From: Raillietiella orientalis
Taxonomy: Eukaryota
DNA: 25,839 nucleotides
NCBI GenBank assembly: GCA_036172245.1
Contig: JAYWIR010000091.1
Location: forward strand, 248,001 to 273,839
Direction of reading: 5' to 3'
Shown here piece after piece: positions 11,178 through 21,348 of this stretch. Positions within the stretch are counted from its first letter, which is position 1, and each line of letters begins with the position of its first letter. A program made the position numbers and the translations under genes. A model generated the notes under the pieces. It did no database searches and was not told the origin of the DNA. It saw only the letters and a list, made by a program, of their open reading frames with translations.

Positions 11178-12964
11178 CTATTTCTTGGCCTTCCTGAGCT
11201 TCTTCTGTCTGAGAGAGCGTGCTCTTCCAGACAATGAAGAAGCAAAGGCTTCTCGCTGCCGGCGTCACTCTCTGTTCCGATGAGGTCGGTTACTTCCGCC
11301 TCCTCCGTCGAGTGTTCGGCCCGCGCGATCAGTTTACGAGATGGCGTCTCTATCTGGACCTTGGCGCAGAAGTTCGCCTTTACGTCGAGAAGCTGTTCCT
11401 GTAGCTTTTCGCGCTCAGTGACCTCCACAACCTGGTTGACCTTCTCCTGTGCATTGCAGATCTTCTGCAAGAATTTCTCTTGCTGGGGACCGCTCTGCAC
11501 CTTTAGGACTTCATTAGCCAGTGATGGCAACTCCTCTGTAGATTGCAGGGCCTCCTGCGACACCGGAGTGGCTTCGGCTATTTCTTCTTCCGCGCCTTCC
11601 TGCGCTACCTCCATCTTCTCGCCTTCTTGCTTTTCACCTTCCAGGATAAGAGGGGTTTCTTGCTCCTTGACGAGCGTCCTCCTCTTTCCTTTCTTCCCTA
11701 CCTGTATGAAGCCGTCTTCCAATACCGGGACGGCTTCTTTCACCTTCTTCGGCCTTCCTGCCTTCTAAGGCTGTTCCGCCTCCTTGGTGTTTCTCTCTCT
11801 CACGGGAGAGAGACCTCGAATCCTTCTGCAGTTTGCAAACTCCGGACAGCTCCATTTGGCATGTCCGTGTTTCTTGCAGAAGGAGCACACCTCCGGCTGC
11901 GGGTAGTTTCGGACTTGATGTCCTACTTTGCCGCAGCGGAAACAACGACACATTGGGCAAGCGCCGGCCCTGTGGCCGAACTGCTTGCACCCGGTGCAGA
12001 ATGTCGGCTGTTGCCGGTAACGCACGTTCACTCCATGGGATTTTTCGTCAAGAACGGCTAATCCAGGGATCACAGCTTCCACTTTTGACTTTATTTTGGC
12101 GATCATGTCGCCAGAAAATATATTTCCAGAGAAGTTCTGGAATTCAAGGTCCAGAACTTCCCCATACTGCTCCATAAAGTTCCACACCGTTAGTTTCGGT
12201 GTGAGGATGGAGATGCCGTTCAGAAAGACGTTTGTGTATGGCATCTCGCCAACACCACAAACCATCCTCCCTTGTATATTGATCCCCTTCTGAATCAATC
12301 GCTCTTTAATCTCTTCACAGTCTGTGAAGACTGTGAACTCGTTGTTTGCCGGTATGGTCGCCTGTATGCGATCAAAATTAATATATGTTCAATCCAGGGA
12401 CAGATACACCTCCCTGATATTATTATATTTGATCGGCCTAGTCTTGAAAATGATGGGCTTCACATTCGGCCTTAATTCCACGATCGTTCGATCCACCTTT
12501 TGGACTTTACCGCATAGCGGCTTCCCGAATTTTCTTGGTGGGTGGACACTCGCTTGTCCAGCCGCCACCGACGCATAGGAAAAGGGCTGCGCCGCCGCAG
12601 CCGAACAAGATGGCGTCTCGCCCTGAACCGCGTGGACGCCCGCGGGTCCTACCTGGGACGCCGCCGTTCCGAGCGCAACCCTCGACGTCGCCACCGTTGC
12701 CGCCTCGGGCGGCACCCACGGCATCGCCGCCGCAGGCTCGACCTTCCCTGCCGCGGGCACGATCCTCGGCGTCGCCGCCGCGGGCACGACCTCCGCCGTC
12801 GTCGCCGCGGGCACGACCCTTGGCATCGCCGCCGCCGGCGCAGCAAAGCCCGCCGCGGGCGCGTTCCTCGGCATGCCTGCCACCGCCTCGCCGTTGCCGC
12901 ACGTTACCTCCATGGCTTCCATGGGGGACGACGGTCTCTCCACTCCTTCTCCAGGTGCCTGCAT
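11178..12964 (-). pseudogene. B ORF1: gag-like protein with an Ala/Pro-rich N-terminus, three CCHC knuckles and an acidic tail
   Basis: ORFs 12389-12964, 11765-12298 and 11093-11743 share one frame, separated by single stops. Motifs: SYASVA; CTGCKQFGHRAGAC, CFRCGKVGHQVRN(Y), CSFCKKHGHAKWSC. The probable natural end is RQKKLRKAKK* at 11178, after a 1-nt frameshift. Confidence 0.9.
12722..12845. repeat. 27-bp GC-rich coding minisatellite in B ORF1 (9-aa VPAA units)
   Basis: CCGCGGGCACGA at 12751, 12778 and 12805; the protein reads PAAAMPRVVPAATTAEVVPAAATPRIVPAAGK. Confidence 0.8.
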
Positions 12965-13130
12965 CCTGGCAGCTTGTCTTGCTGCACGGGTCCACTGCAG
13001 GTCTTCCGCCGCGATCTCCTCGGCGCTTCTTTTCTAGTTTCGTTTGGAAAACTTCCCCTCTTCCTGCACACACGAGCACAATTAACTGATTAAGTTGTCA
13101 ATCGCACAATACTTTGAGCCGAGAAGCAAG

Positions 13131-13146
13131 TTCACCGACTAGGCAA
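13131..13146 (+). repeat. Right TSD of element B (TTCACCGACTAGGCAA)
   Basis: Exact match to 7622-7637. Confidence 0.95.
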
Positions 13147-13823
13147 GAGAGTAGCAATCTCCCGACTGCCAAGATGGTGACTCCGCTGCCTCCCTTTAAA
13201 GGCGTGGCGAAAGCGACTCCCCTAGAGGCGGCAGTGAAAACTCCGGAGGTTTCCGAGAGGAAAGTCGCAAAAGCGACCAAAAATCGTGACGGAGATTGGA
13301 AGGTTGTGGAGAGGGGACAAGAAAAATCTCCTAAGAAGGCTTCGCAACCTCCATCCGCCAGCTCTTTGTAGGCAAAGACCAGCCGCGTGAACAAGAAAAC
13401 AGGCGCGGAGGGTTCTTCTGTCCAGGAAAAAGCCAGCGTCATGAACGCTTGCAAGTCCTCCTCTGTGAGCGCCGAGAAGACCATTCCGGTGCGATCGGAC
13501 GGATGCAAACTGATGCTCGCGCGATCTATGTGCGTTTCGCGCAAACATCAGACTGCGTAAAGGAGCCCGATAACGCCGCTGAACGACGAGTTACTCGCGC
13601 CGGAGCGAGCGCCCGCAGGGCTGAAGCCCTGAGGCGTGAAACACTTGCCCAAGAACGGCGAGAGCTCACACCGGAACCCAAAGGTTCTGCACCCGGGGAC
13701 GAGCACACGTTTACGCGCAGCACGGTGGAGGCCAGTGGCGACCCCACCCTCCGGCCCGTCGTGCTGCTTACTGCCCGCTCGCCGGGAGAGGCGAGCACCA
13801 CGGCCTTGCTTTCCCGGCCGTGA
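13147..13823 (+). pseudogene. A2 ORF1 C-terminal low-complexity part, resuming after B
   Basis: Continues SPTRQ-ESSNLPTAKMVTP across the TSD; K/S/P/A-rich; stop at ~13369 and a frameshift; ends at TGA 13821-13823, overlapping the ORF2 ATG. Confidence 0.82.
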
Positions 13824-16800
13824 TGAGGACAATCGCGTCTTCTCGTCGTGTTGCCGTGGCGTGCTGGAACGTCAACGGTCTCCATCACGACGAGAAGGGA
13901 CGACTAGTGGCTGACGCTCTGCGCGCCTTCGACTTGACGCTTCTGCAGGAGATTCACAGCATCTCCGAAGACCAGGCAGCCGAAATCGAACGGCGTGCGT
14001 GCGGAACGCTACATTACAGGTGCGGCGTCGCACGTACGTGCGGCGTCGCTTTCCTCTTACGAAGAACTTTGGCGGGAGCGGTGCGCGGCGTTCGCTTCGA
14101 CACGGAAGGCCGAGTGGGACAGCTTGCACTCAAGTGGTCCCACTCGATCGACCTTGTCGTAACGAACGTGTACGCGCTTAGCGGTGCTGGACGATGGGCC
14201 GAAAGGATTAAGTTCTTCGGTACCGTGCAGAGCCAGTGGCTCACTAGTTCTCACCCTACTGTGACGCATGTCATTGCGGGGGACTTTAACGTCCACCTGC
14301 TGACCGAGAATAGCGCACACAATAGGGAAAAGTTGCTAGTGGAAGAGATGTACGCGTCCGTGCACGCGTGCAACTTGTTTGCTAACGACACTGTTATGGC
14401 GACATCACCGGACTATGTATTCCTCGATGAACACTTGCTGTCGCGAGTGGGTCGGAAAGTTCCCATGCCGTCCGTGCTTTCATACCACAACAGGCTCGAG
14501 TTCGAGTTGCTCTCGCCGGGCAAAAGGCTTCCTAACTGTGTGTGCAGAATGCCGGCAAACTGGCTAAGTCACCCGGAGGTAACGGAGCATCTTCGCAAGT
14601 ACTTTCGCGGCTTCGCCATAAGTGAGCTCGCTGACTGGGACGATCTGAAAAGATCGGTCAGCGATTTTTGCTGCCGGTTTCCAATGCAGCTGCTTCCTCG
14701 CGGCTTCGGAGAGGGTGTAGCCAACACCAGAGATTTTCTGCAGGCCCGCTGCTACTCCAGGCGCGAAGACGTTGCTCGATTGTCCGAGTACAAGGCCAAG
14801 GCTGCGCTCCAGGTCTGGCAGTCTGGAGTGACGGTTCCGCTCGTCGACCAGGACCGGGAATGGTCGGCTCCAGGCGACGTGCGGCGGATAGTCAGGCGCT
14901 GTTATTCTTCTCTGTATGCAGAGGCACCAACGAAAAGCACTCTCTCCGAGCTGCTTCTGCCGAGCGATGCACCTGTTGTAGACGGGAGGAACGCGCGCGT
15001 CTCGATGAGCCCTTCACGGCAGAGGAAATTTTTTCGGCCATCCCGCGGCTCCAGAGACGAAAAGCGCCAGGCGAGGATGGACTACCCGCAGAATTCTTCC
15101 AGTGCTTTGGGGCGGAGCTCATCCCCCTGGTGCTTCAACTATCGTCGCTGATGCTAGACGCGAGCGATTTCCCCGCCTCGTTCCGCTCAGCGAAGGTGCG
15201 TCTCCTGCAGAAAGGCGGAGATTTCCGCCAACTGTGCAATTGGCGTCCAATCACATTAGTGAATTCGGACGTCAAGTTGTTCTCGAAACTTTGGGTGGCA
15301 AAAATGGGGAGGATCGCGGAGTCTTTGGTAAGTCCGGGGCAGACGTACGCTATTCCAGGGCGGTCCATGGACGCGAACCTCTTATTCATCCGCACATGGC
15401 TGCAATTGCAGCATCGTGTGGCGGTGGATCGTCGTGCGCAAGCGACGCCTTCGATCTCTCACCGACAGAGGCGCGAGACGCAAAGGGAGACACCGGGAGC
15501 CTTGGCGGTTGCAGTCGATCTGCACAAAGCTTTCGATTGCGTGAACTAAAAGTTTCTTCTTGAGCTTTTGGAACGTATGGGTCTTCCGGCATCCCTGTTG
15601 GCGTACTTGCGCTCCTGCTGGCGCCACGCGATTACATCCATTGTTTTCAGTGGCTGTCGCGTGTACGGCGTGCCGGTACGACGAGGAATTAGGCAGAGTG
15701 ACAGCTTAAGCCCGCTGCTCTTCAGCATCTATTTTGAATTGGTGCTGGAGGCTTACAGGCTGACGCTAGCCAACCTGCCGAGCTCCTGTCCAGGTACGCC
15801 GGCCGAGGCAGCCTATGCCGACGACCTGCTTCTCCTGTTGCCCATCTCCACCCAGGCGACATCTCTTGAAGACTTCTTTGAGTTGACTCGTCGCGGTGCG
15901 GGCGTGAGCGTTAACAGGAGTAAGTGTATGGTTGTTCCGGTGGGTGCGACGTGGGAGGGGCAGTCCGACTGGATCGACCTGGGGATCCCCACGGTTAGGT
16001 ACCTCAGGTACCTTGGCGTGCCGTTGGGCGACTTCTGCATCTCAGAAGCGTGGTCGGACTGCCTTCGGAAGGCAGAGCGTGCACTTGGCCCGTTTTCAGG
16101 AGGCGAGTTCGTCTTGCCGGAACGAGCCTGCTTATGGAACACCTTCTTTGCCCCCCTCCTTCGCCCCCTGTTTTTTGTTTGTCCACTCCCCCAGGAAGTC
16201 CAAGTCTGGGCGCAGCGCCTTCTACGCAAAGCGTTGTGGGGCGCTGCAAGATCTTGTGTTAGACTTAACGACTTGGTGGCGCCGCGTCAGGATGCAGGCT
16301 TGGGCATCCTCGACTTAAACAGCATCGAACTGCAGGTTCAGTTTCACATGCTGCGGCTCTGTGCCAAGCTGTGGTGTACGCTGTGGTGCTTACCCGCACG
16401 CTGAGGCGCTGCACGGGATCCGAAGGACTGCTTTCGTTGCTACCCCACTTTCGGCACACCAGAATAGAGTTTGGCTTACCGCTGAGGCAGCTGTCCTCAC
16501 TGCTGGAAGCCCAAAGCCGGATCTCCTGCCGCCCCATGAACATTAATGCATGGCGGCAGGAATCTTTTTCATCGTGGGCAGCTTCCGAAGGAACGCGCCC
16601 AAAAGATCTTCGACGCCTGCGACTTCTCCTCAGTCATCCAATGGACGAAGTCATGCAGGACAAGAAGATTTCAGCCGTCCTGCCGCAGGGAAGCACTGCC
16701 ATTGATGTGCTGCGTCGCTTCTTCAGCAGGAATGGATTTTTGGTGGTCGCGATTGTCGCAACCATGTGTTGCATTCGCGCCATCGTGCAGGCCCGCTACG

Positions 16801-16940
16801 CACTGGAGTTACCAGCGCAGCAAAGGAAGGCTCACCGGTTTGCAGCAGAATCCATGGAAAACGCTGCTAGGTGGTCTCATCTTCGTGACGAGGACAAAGA
16901 GGACATCGCAGGCATCCACCGCCGGCTAACAGACTTTTAG
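13823..16940 (+). pseudogene. A2 ORF2: APE endonuclease and RT; Cys motif lost by internal deletion; disrupted
   Basis: ACWNVNG, LLQEIH, AGDFN, S(Y)H; KAPGEDG, WRPITLVNSDVK, DLHKAFD, RQSDSLSP, AYADDL, RYLGV. Frameshifts near 14990 and 16395; stop at 15547. Confidence 0.94.
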
Positions 16941-17245
16941 GAACGGCTTAATCCGGTGACCACTACGTCCTGAAGCTCACCCATACCCCTTCCCCGCAAG
17001 CTCTGCTAAAATACCGGTGATATCACTATTATTCCCGAGAGAACCAGAGCGATCACAAAGACCCTTGTCCCTGCGTACCACGTTGATTTCTACTTCTTTT
17101 GTTTTTGTTTGTTTGTTTTCCCAGTTCCCACAAACCGTGCTGTGTAATTCTGGCCTGCGTGGCAGCAATGTTCTCTTGATACTTGTGCCGTCGTCGGTTG
17201 GTGGTCGGTTTATTTGATATATTTATTTAAGCTGTATTTATATGA

Positions 17246-17271
17246 AATAAACGCCCCGGGGAGACCGGGTG
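17246..17271 (+). terminator. A2 3' terminus: AATAAA plus hairpin CCCGG-GGAGA-CCGGG-TG
   Basis: Reads AATAAACGCCCCGGGGAGACCGGGTG. Confidence 0.78.
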
Positions 17272-17284
17272 AGAAATCTCTTGC
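17272..17284 (+). repeat. Right copy of AGAAATCTCTTGC (putative TSD; antisense to D APE codons QEIS)
   Basis: Identical to 6261-6273 and continuous with the D reading frame on the minus strand. Confidence 0.8.
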
Positions 17285-17439
17285 ACTTGTTCTGCAGAGA
17301 TCACGTGGATCTCTTGCAGCAGCGCAAGGTCGTAGGACTCCAGAAGGGCGGCCATGTCTCGCCTCCTGCCGGCGTCTGTCATGCCGTTTACGTTGCAAAC
17401 GGCGATGCGCAGACGACGGCGGGAGGAGATTCCCGGCAT
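17272..17439 (-). pseudogene. D ORF2 N-terminus (APE motifs I-II), truncated at the A2 junction
   Basis: MPGISSRRRLRIAVCNVNGMTDAGRRRDMAALLESYDLALLQEIHVISAEQVQEIS. Confidence 0.88.
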
Positions 17440-18013
17440 TACTTCTGGGAAGATTAAGGTGTGGGGGAGCCCTCCTCTTGCGAGGCGCGCGGGATGTCCA
17501 TGGGGGTTTCGTCCTTTTCAGGCACCTCAGGCACCTGTTCGGCCTCCACCCCCTCCATCCCCTCCGTGTCCGCGCGTAAGAGTCTCTCGGGCGATGGGTC
17601 CCGAGAATTTCCTACGCTCATGGCACCCTCGCTTGCGGAAGCCATCTCTTCCCCTTTGACGGGGGAGACGAGCTTCCTTGGCTTTGTGGACTTACGTCCA
17701 CACTTCTTGCGCGGCGCCGTGGAAACGGAGGCTGCGCTTCCGGTCTCCACCTCGGGGTCGGAGGTGGGGGACTCCTGAAAGGAGGCCGGACGCCTTACGG
17801 CCTTCTTGCCAGCCTTGCAGGGTTCTGGCACCAACGATGCCGCCAGCTCCTCCGCGGCTAGCGCGAAGGCTACGTCATCGATGGTGGTGTCGATGACAAC
17901 GCCGCCGCCGGCTCGCTCCCCTCGCTGTTGACAGAGTCAACAGAGGGGTTGCCGTCGGTAGCGGCGAGTTCTTTTTCGCAGCGGTATGGAATACGCTCGA
18001 CGACAACGGTGCA

Positions 18014-18041
18014 CTGACGTGTTCTGTGTTGCTCGTCGAGC
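18014..18041 (+). promoter_or_regulatory. Putative internal promoter motifs in the C 5' UTR (CTGACGTGTT; CTCGTCGAGC)
   Basis: Shared with the A2 5' end in the same order. Confidence 0.4.
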
Positions 18042-18120
18042 GTGATTCCTTTCCGTCTTCTTGTGTGTGGTGTGCCCGAGTGGGTACACTGGGATGTCCA
18101 CGGAGCCCCTGCAGCAAAAG

Positions 18121-20035
18121 ATGGATGTGGGGGCTGCTACTGGCAGTTAAGACTCTACTCCAGATGTCCGGTCCGCCTCTGATTCTTGTGTCTCGCCACC
18201 GGCGAGAAGCTTCGCCGAAGTCGTCAAGGCGGCGGTAGCCAACGGAGCACCGCCCGACGAAGCAGAGCTGCAGGCATATGCAGCCCATGGCTACAAGCCT
18301 GCGCTTTGCTATCCGGTGAGTGCTGCGAACTCCGACGGGGTCGGAGAAAATTTGTGAGACGAGCTTTTGCGCCTCGGGGTCCGACAGGACGACCTCCTGG
18401 CCGTCATGCCGGTTAACGCGCTCGGACACTGGGAGGTGCACTGCAAAGAGGCATCCCTAGTCCAGCGCCTTCTCCGAGCCTCGCTAAATATCCGCGGGAA
18501 GGAGGTCGTCCCGTCGGCCATGGACCAGTCGTCCGTGGTCCGATTGTCCGCCGTCCAGGTGGACACGCCCGATCGCGTGCTCGTCGCTGCACTAAGTGCA
18601 TTCGCCACGGTGCACGCGCTGTGGAGAGCAGAAAATCCGATCAAAAGGATTGCATCTCTCCACAGCGGACTTCCATGGCGCGTGTTACCATGGCGGATAG
18701 GAGGCAAATGCCTCCGCACTTGCAGGTGGGCGATGCGATCGTCCACCTTAAATTTGCCGGTCAGCGACCGGCTTGCGGCATTTGCGGTGCAGAGGGTCAC
18801 CGTTTGTGGACGTGTCCTTCACGCAACTGCCGCTATTGTAAACAGCCCGGCCACTCCATCAAAGAGTGCGCCGAGCTGAAGAGAAAGAGGCAGGCGAAAA
18901 GCCGATAACAATCGACCCCGACCGCGCAGAAAAGATCCTCCGTTGTGCCACGGGAGAAATCGAGCGCGATGGGCGGGCATCTTCGAGTGGCGGTCCCGCG
19001 AAAAAGGGCGCGGTTGCTTCAGGGAAGCCACCATCCCAGACAGCCGCGCAGACGGGAAAGATGCCACGTCGCCCTGTGGGCAAATCGCCCCCTTCGAAGC
19101 AGCCTAAGAGTGCGGGCCCGCACTCAATCAAGGCTGCTGATCCGTCCGCGTCCGCTTGCGCGTCCAGCGGAGCACACGGGGAACCGTGCGCGAGTACCCT
19201 CGGAACTGCCTCTGAACGGCAGTCTCCTCCTGCGGCGGTGGAGATCACGTCTTCCACGCGGAAGGCACGAGCAGCGAAGGCTGCGATAGCGCCTCGCGGG
19301 ACGACGGCGATGACCGCCGTTTCGCCTGCATCGGCTAAGGAGCAGGTGCAGTGCGAAATGGGGACGGAGCCGTCTCCCGCCGGGAGCGCGAAACGTGAGC
19401 CGGCATCTCCGGCCAAACAATTGAGGGAGGCGTCGGCCTCCCAGGAGGGCGTCCCAAACGCGGGCTGGACTCGCGTCTCCAGGGCGCCCACAAAGGGGAA
19501 GAAGAAGGTTGACCCTTCAATATTCCCCATCCTTAAGGTGGGTGGGAGGCAAAAGAGGAGCACGCCGAAGAAGGAGCGTACCCAGGTACGCACTACGGCT
19601 ACGTGCTCTGTCTTCGTCGCTTTGCTCGAGAGGGCGGCTGCGGAAGCCAAAGCTCCGGAAGCTGCGTTGGCGACTGCGACGACCCCCGCGCGGGCAGGGC
19701 AAGCCTCCACCTGCCGAAACAAAAAGAGACTGGCAAAACGACAGTCTCCCGTCAGGCACTCGGACTCCGAGGTGGAGTCCGAGTGCAAACAAATGGAGCG
19801 CGCATCCCGGGGTAAGCCCGTAGCGCGGCGGGATAAAGTGCGAAAGCACGCGTCTGTTGCCAGAGGCGGTTCCGGCTCCTGCACGGAGACCGAGGGGAGT
19901 ATCCTCGGCTCCCAGTATTTAGCTGGGCGCGATGTGGCGGCGAACGGGAGCGTTTCCGCTTTCCAATCCGCTCTACTACCAGCTGACTTCTCGCCGGACG
20001 GGGCGAGGAGCACGCCGTCATGTACGCAGCAGTGA
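18121..20035 (+). pseudogene. C ORF1: gag-like protein with two CCHC knuckles and a long low-complexity tail; disrupted
   Basis: SFAEVV, DEAELQAY and FATVHALWR match A2 ORF1; CGICGAEGHRLWTC and CRYCKQPGHSIKEC; stops at ~18148 and ~18355; frameshifts near 18668 and 18900; ends at TGA 20033-20035. Confidence 0.9.
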
Positions 20036-21096
20036 TGCGTGGACTCGCGTCCGCTCGTCGCGTAAGCGTGGCTTGTTGGAATGTCAACGGGCTACGTGAT
20101 GCTGGCAAAAGGCGGACGGTAGCCAACGCTTTGCGCGCGTTCGATCTGGTGCTGCTGCAGGTGATACATAGCATATCCGAACGGCAGGCATCGGATCTGG
20201 AAGAGCGCGCGGGCGGGACGCTACACTGGCGGCATGGCTCCGCGCACACGCGCGGAGTCGCGTTCCTTGTCCGAGGCAGGATGGCGGAGGCGGTGCTGAA
20301 CGTTTGTTTCGACGAGGAAGGTCGTGTGGGCCAACTTGTCCTTAAGTGGTCCGAATCGATCGACCTGTTCGTTGCGAACATGTACGCGCCGAGCGGCGGC
20401 CGGCATTACGCCCAGCGACTTGCATTCCTTGGTGGCCTGCGCAGCCGCTGGCTCTGTGACTCCGGCCCCAACGTGGCGCAAATCCTTGCAAGAGAATTCA
20501 ACGTCCACCTGCTAACAGAGGAGAGATGCCGCTTGAGGGAGAAGCAACTGGTGAGCGAGGTATGCGCGTCCGTGAGCGTGGAAAACTTGCTTGCTGGTGA
20601 GCTCGGGATAAAGAGATCGCCGGACCTTGCGTTCCTCGATGAGCACCTGCTCTCACGAGTAGGTCGGAGAGGGCGCCTTCTGTGCGCGATTTCGGATCAT
20701 CCGAGACTGGAGTTTGAGCTTCTCCCGCCTGGCAAAGGGGCTCCGATGAATGTTTCGAGGTTGTTGGCCGACTGGCTTAGCAATTCGGAGGCGGCGGAGC
20801 ATGTTCGCCAACACCTCCGGGGCTTCGCCATCCGTGAACTCGAGGACTCGGACGAGCTGAAAAGATCGGTCCGCGAGTTCTGCTGCCGGTTCCCCTTGCA
20901 CCTGCTTCCTCGCGGCTTCAGGGAGGGTGTCGCGAACAGCAGACCATATCTGCAGGCGCGTACCTTCTCCCGATGCCCGGACGTCCGGCGTCTGGCGAAG
21001 TACAAGGCCAGGGCCGAGCGCCAGGTTTGACAGTCTGGAGCGGCTTCTCTGCTCGATGACGCCGGCCAGGAATGCTCGGCTGCAGCCGAAGTTTGC
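20035..21096 (+). pseudogene. C ORF2 N-terminus: APE endonuclease and linker, with catalytic motifs mutated
   Basis: ACWNVNG, LLQ(V)IH, A(RE)FN, SDH; stop at 21028-21030 at a Trp position; truncated by E. Confidence 0.9.
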
Positions 21097-21122
21097 CACC
21101 CGGATATGCCGGGGTATTCATT
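21097..21122 (-). terminator. E 3' terminus: AATGAA plus hairpin CCCGG-CATAT-CCGGG-TG
   Basis: The reverse complement reads AATGAATACCCCGGCATATCCGGGTG. Confidence 0.75.
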
Positions 21123-21348
21123 ATTCCAATTTTTTACAGAAATTAGATAATAAAGTCTTTAGAAAGATGTTTTCTTTGGGAAACACTGGGTTCTCCCACC
21201 TTGCTCAACGTGTCGTTTGCCGGTGCATGGACCGGTTAGGTCCATTCCCGTGGCGCATGGGAAACGAAAACTAGAACAAAAACAAACAAAAAGAGAGATA
21301 ACGAAAAGGGAAACAGTTATATGGGTAGAAGGGTGGGCAGGGAAGGGA

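Larger units (their letters stand above)
7638..13130 (-). mobile_element. Non-LTR retrotransposon B (divergent L1/Tx1-like family), apparently full length, 5493 bp, inserted antisense in A2 ORF1
   Basis: Bounded by a 16-bp TSD; 5' UTR 13130-12965, ORF1, ORF2 (APE-RT-Cys) and a short 3' UTR 7779-7638. Confidence 0.95.
6274..17271 (+). mobile_element. Non-LTR retrotransposon copy A2 (L1/Tx1-like), near full length (~5.5 kb net), interrupted by element B
   Basis: 5' UTR, then ORF1 (6394/6451-7637 and 13147-13823), ORF2 (13823-16940) and a 3' UTR ending in AATAAA plus hairpin; flanked by a 13-bp direct repeat. Confidence 0.92.
17272..18010 (-). mobile_element. Fragment of related LINE copy D (ORF1 C-terminus and ORF2 APE N-terminus), bounded by A2 and C
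   Basis: Minus-strand ORF 17454-17834 resembles the ORF1 tail of E (e.g. DPEVETGSA...PRKKCGRK vs GSEAEAGNA...PKRKAGRK), followed by an APE start. The right boundary is approximate. Confidence 0.85.
18011..21096 (+). mobile_element. LINE copy C, 5' portion (5' UTR, ORF1, APE), interrupted by E
   Basis: ORF1 and APE are clearly homologous to A2 but diverged. Homology stops at ...QECSAAAEVC, where the E 3' hairpin begins. The 5' boundary is uncertain by ~10 bp. Confidence 0.9.

Noticed and set aside
11093..12391. In-frame TAG/TGA codons as programmed readthrough or an alternative genetic code
   Set aside because: They co-occur with many frameshifts and mutated catalytic residues across all copies, as expected for neutral decay.
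9650..12964. Apparent single-frame ORF1-ORF2 fusion in B
   Set aside because: Restoring one nucleotide near 11250 gives DAGSEEAFASSLSGRARSLRQKKLRKAKK* ending at 11178, 13 nt before the ORF2 ATG. A decay frameshift is the simpler explanation; a family consensus would settle it.
15568..16404. Bacterial RT system (group II intron, retron, DGR or defence RT) suggested by YADD motifs
   Set aside because: The RTs are fused to an N-terminal APE domain, preceded by a CCHC ORF1, and associated with TSDs and AATAAA signals. This is eukaryotic LINE architecture.
18859..20013. 384-aa antisense ORF and other long overlapping ORFs (e.g. 12507-13093, 24502-25341)
   Set aside because: These are shadow ORFs of GC-rich low-complexity coding sequence, with no recognisable motifs and no conservation between homologous copies.
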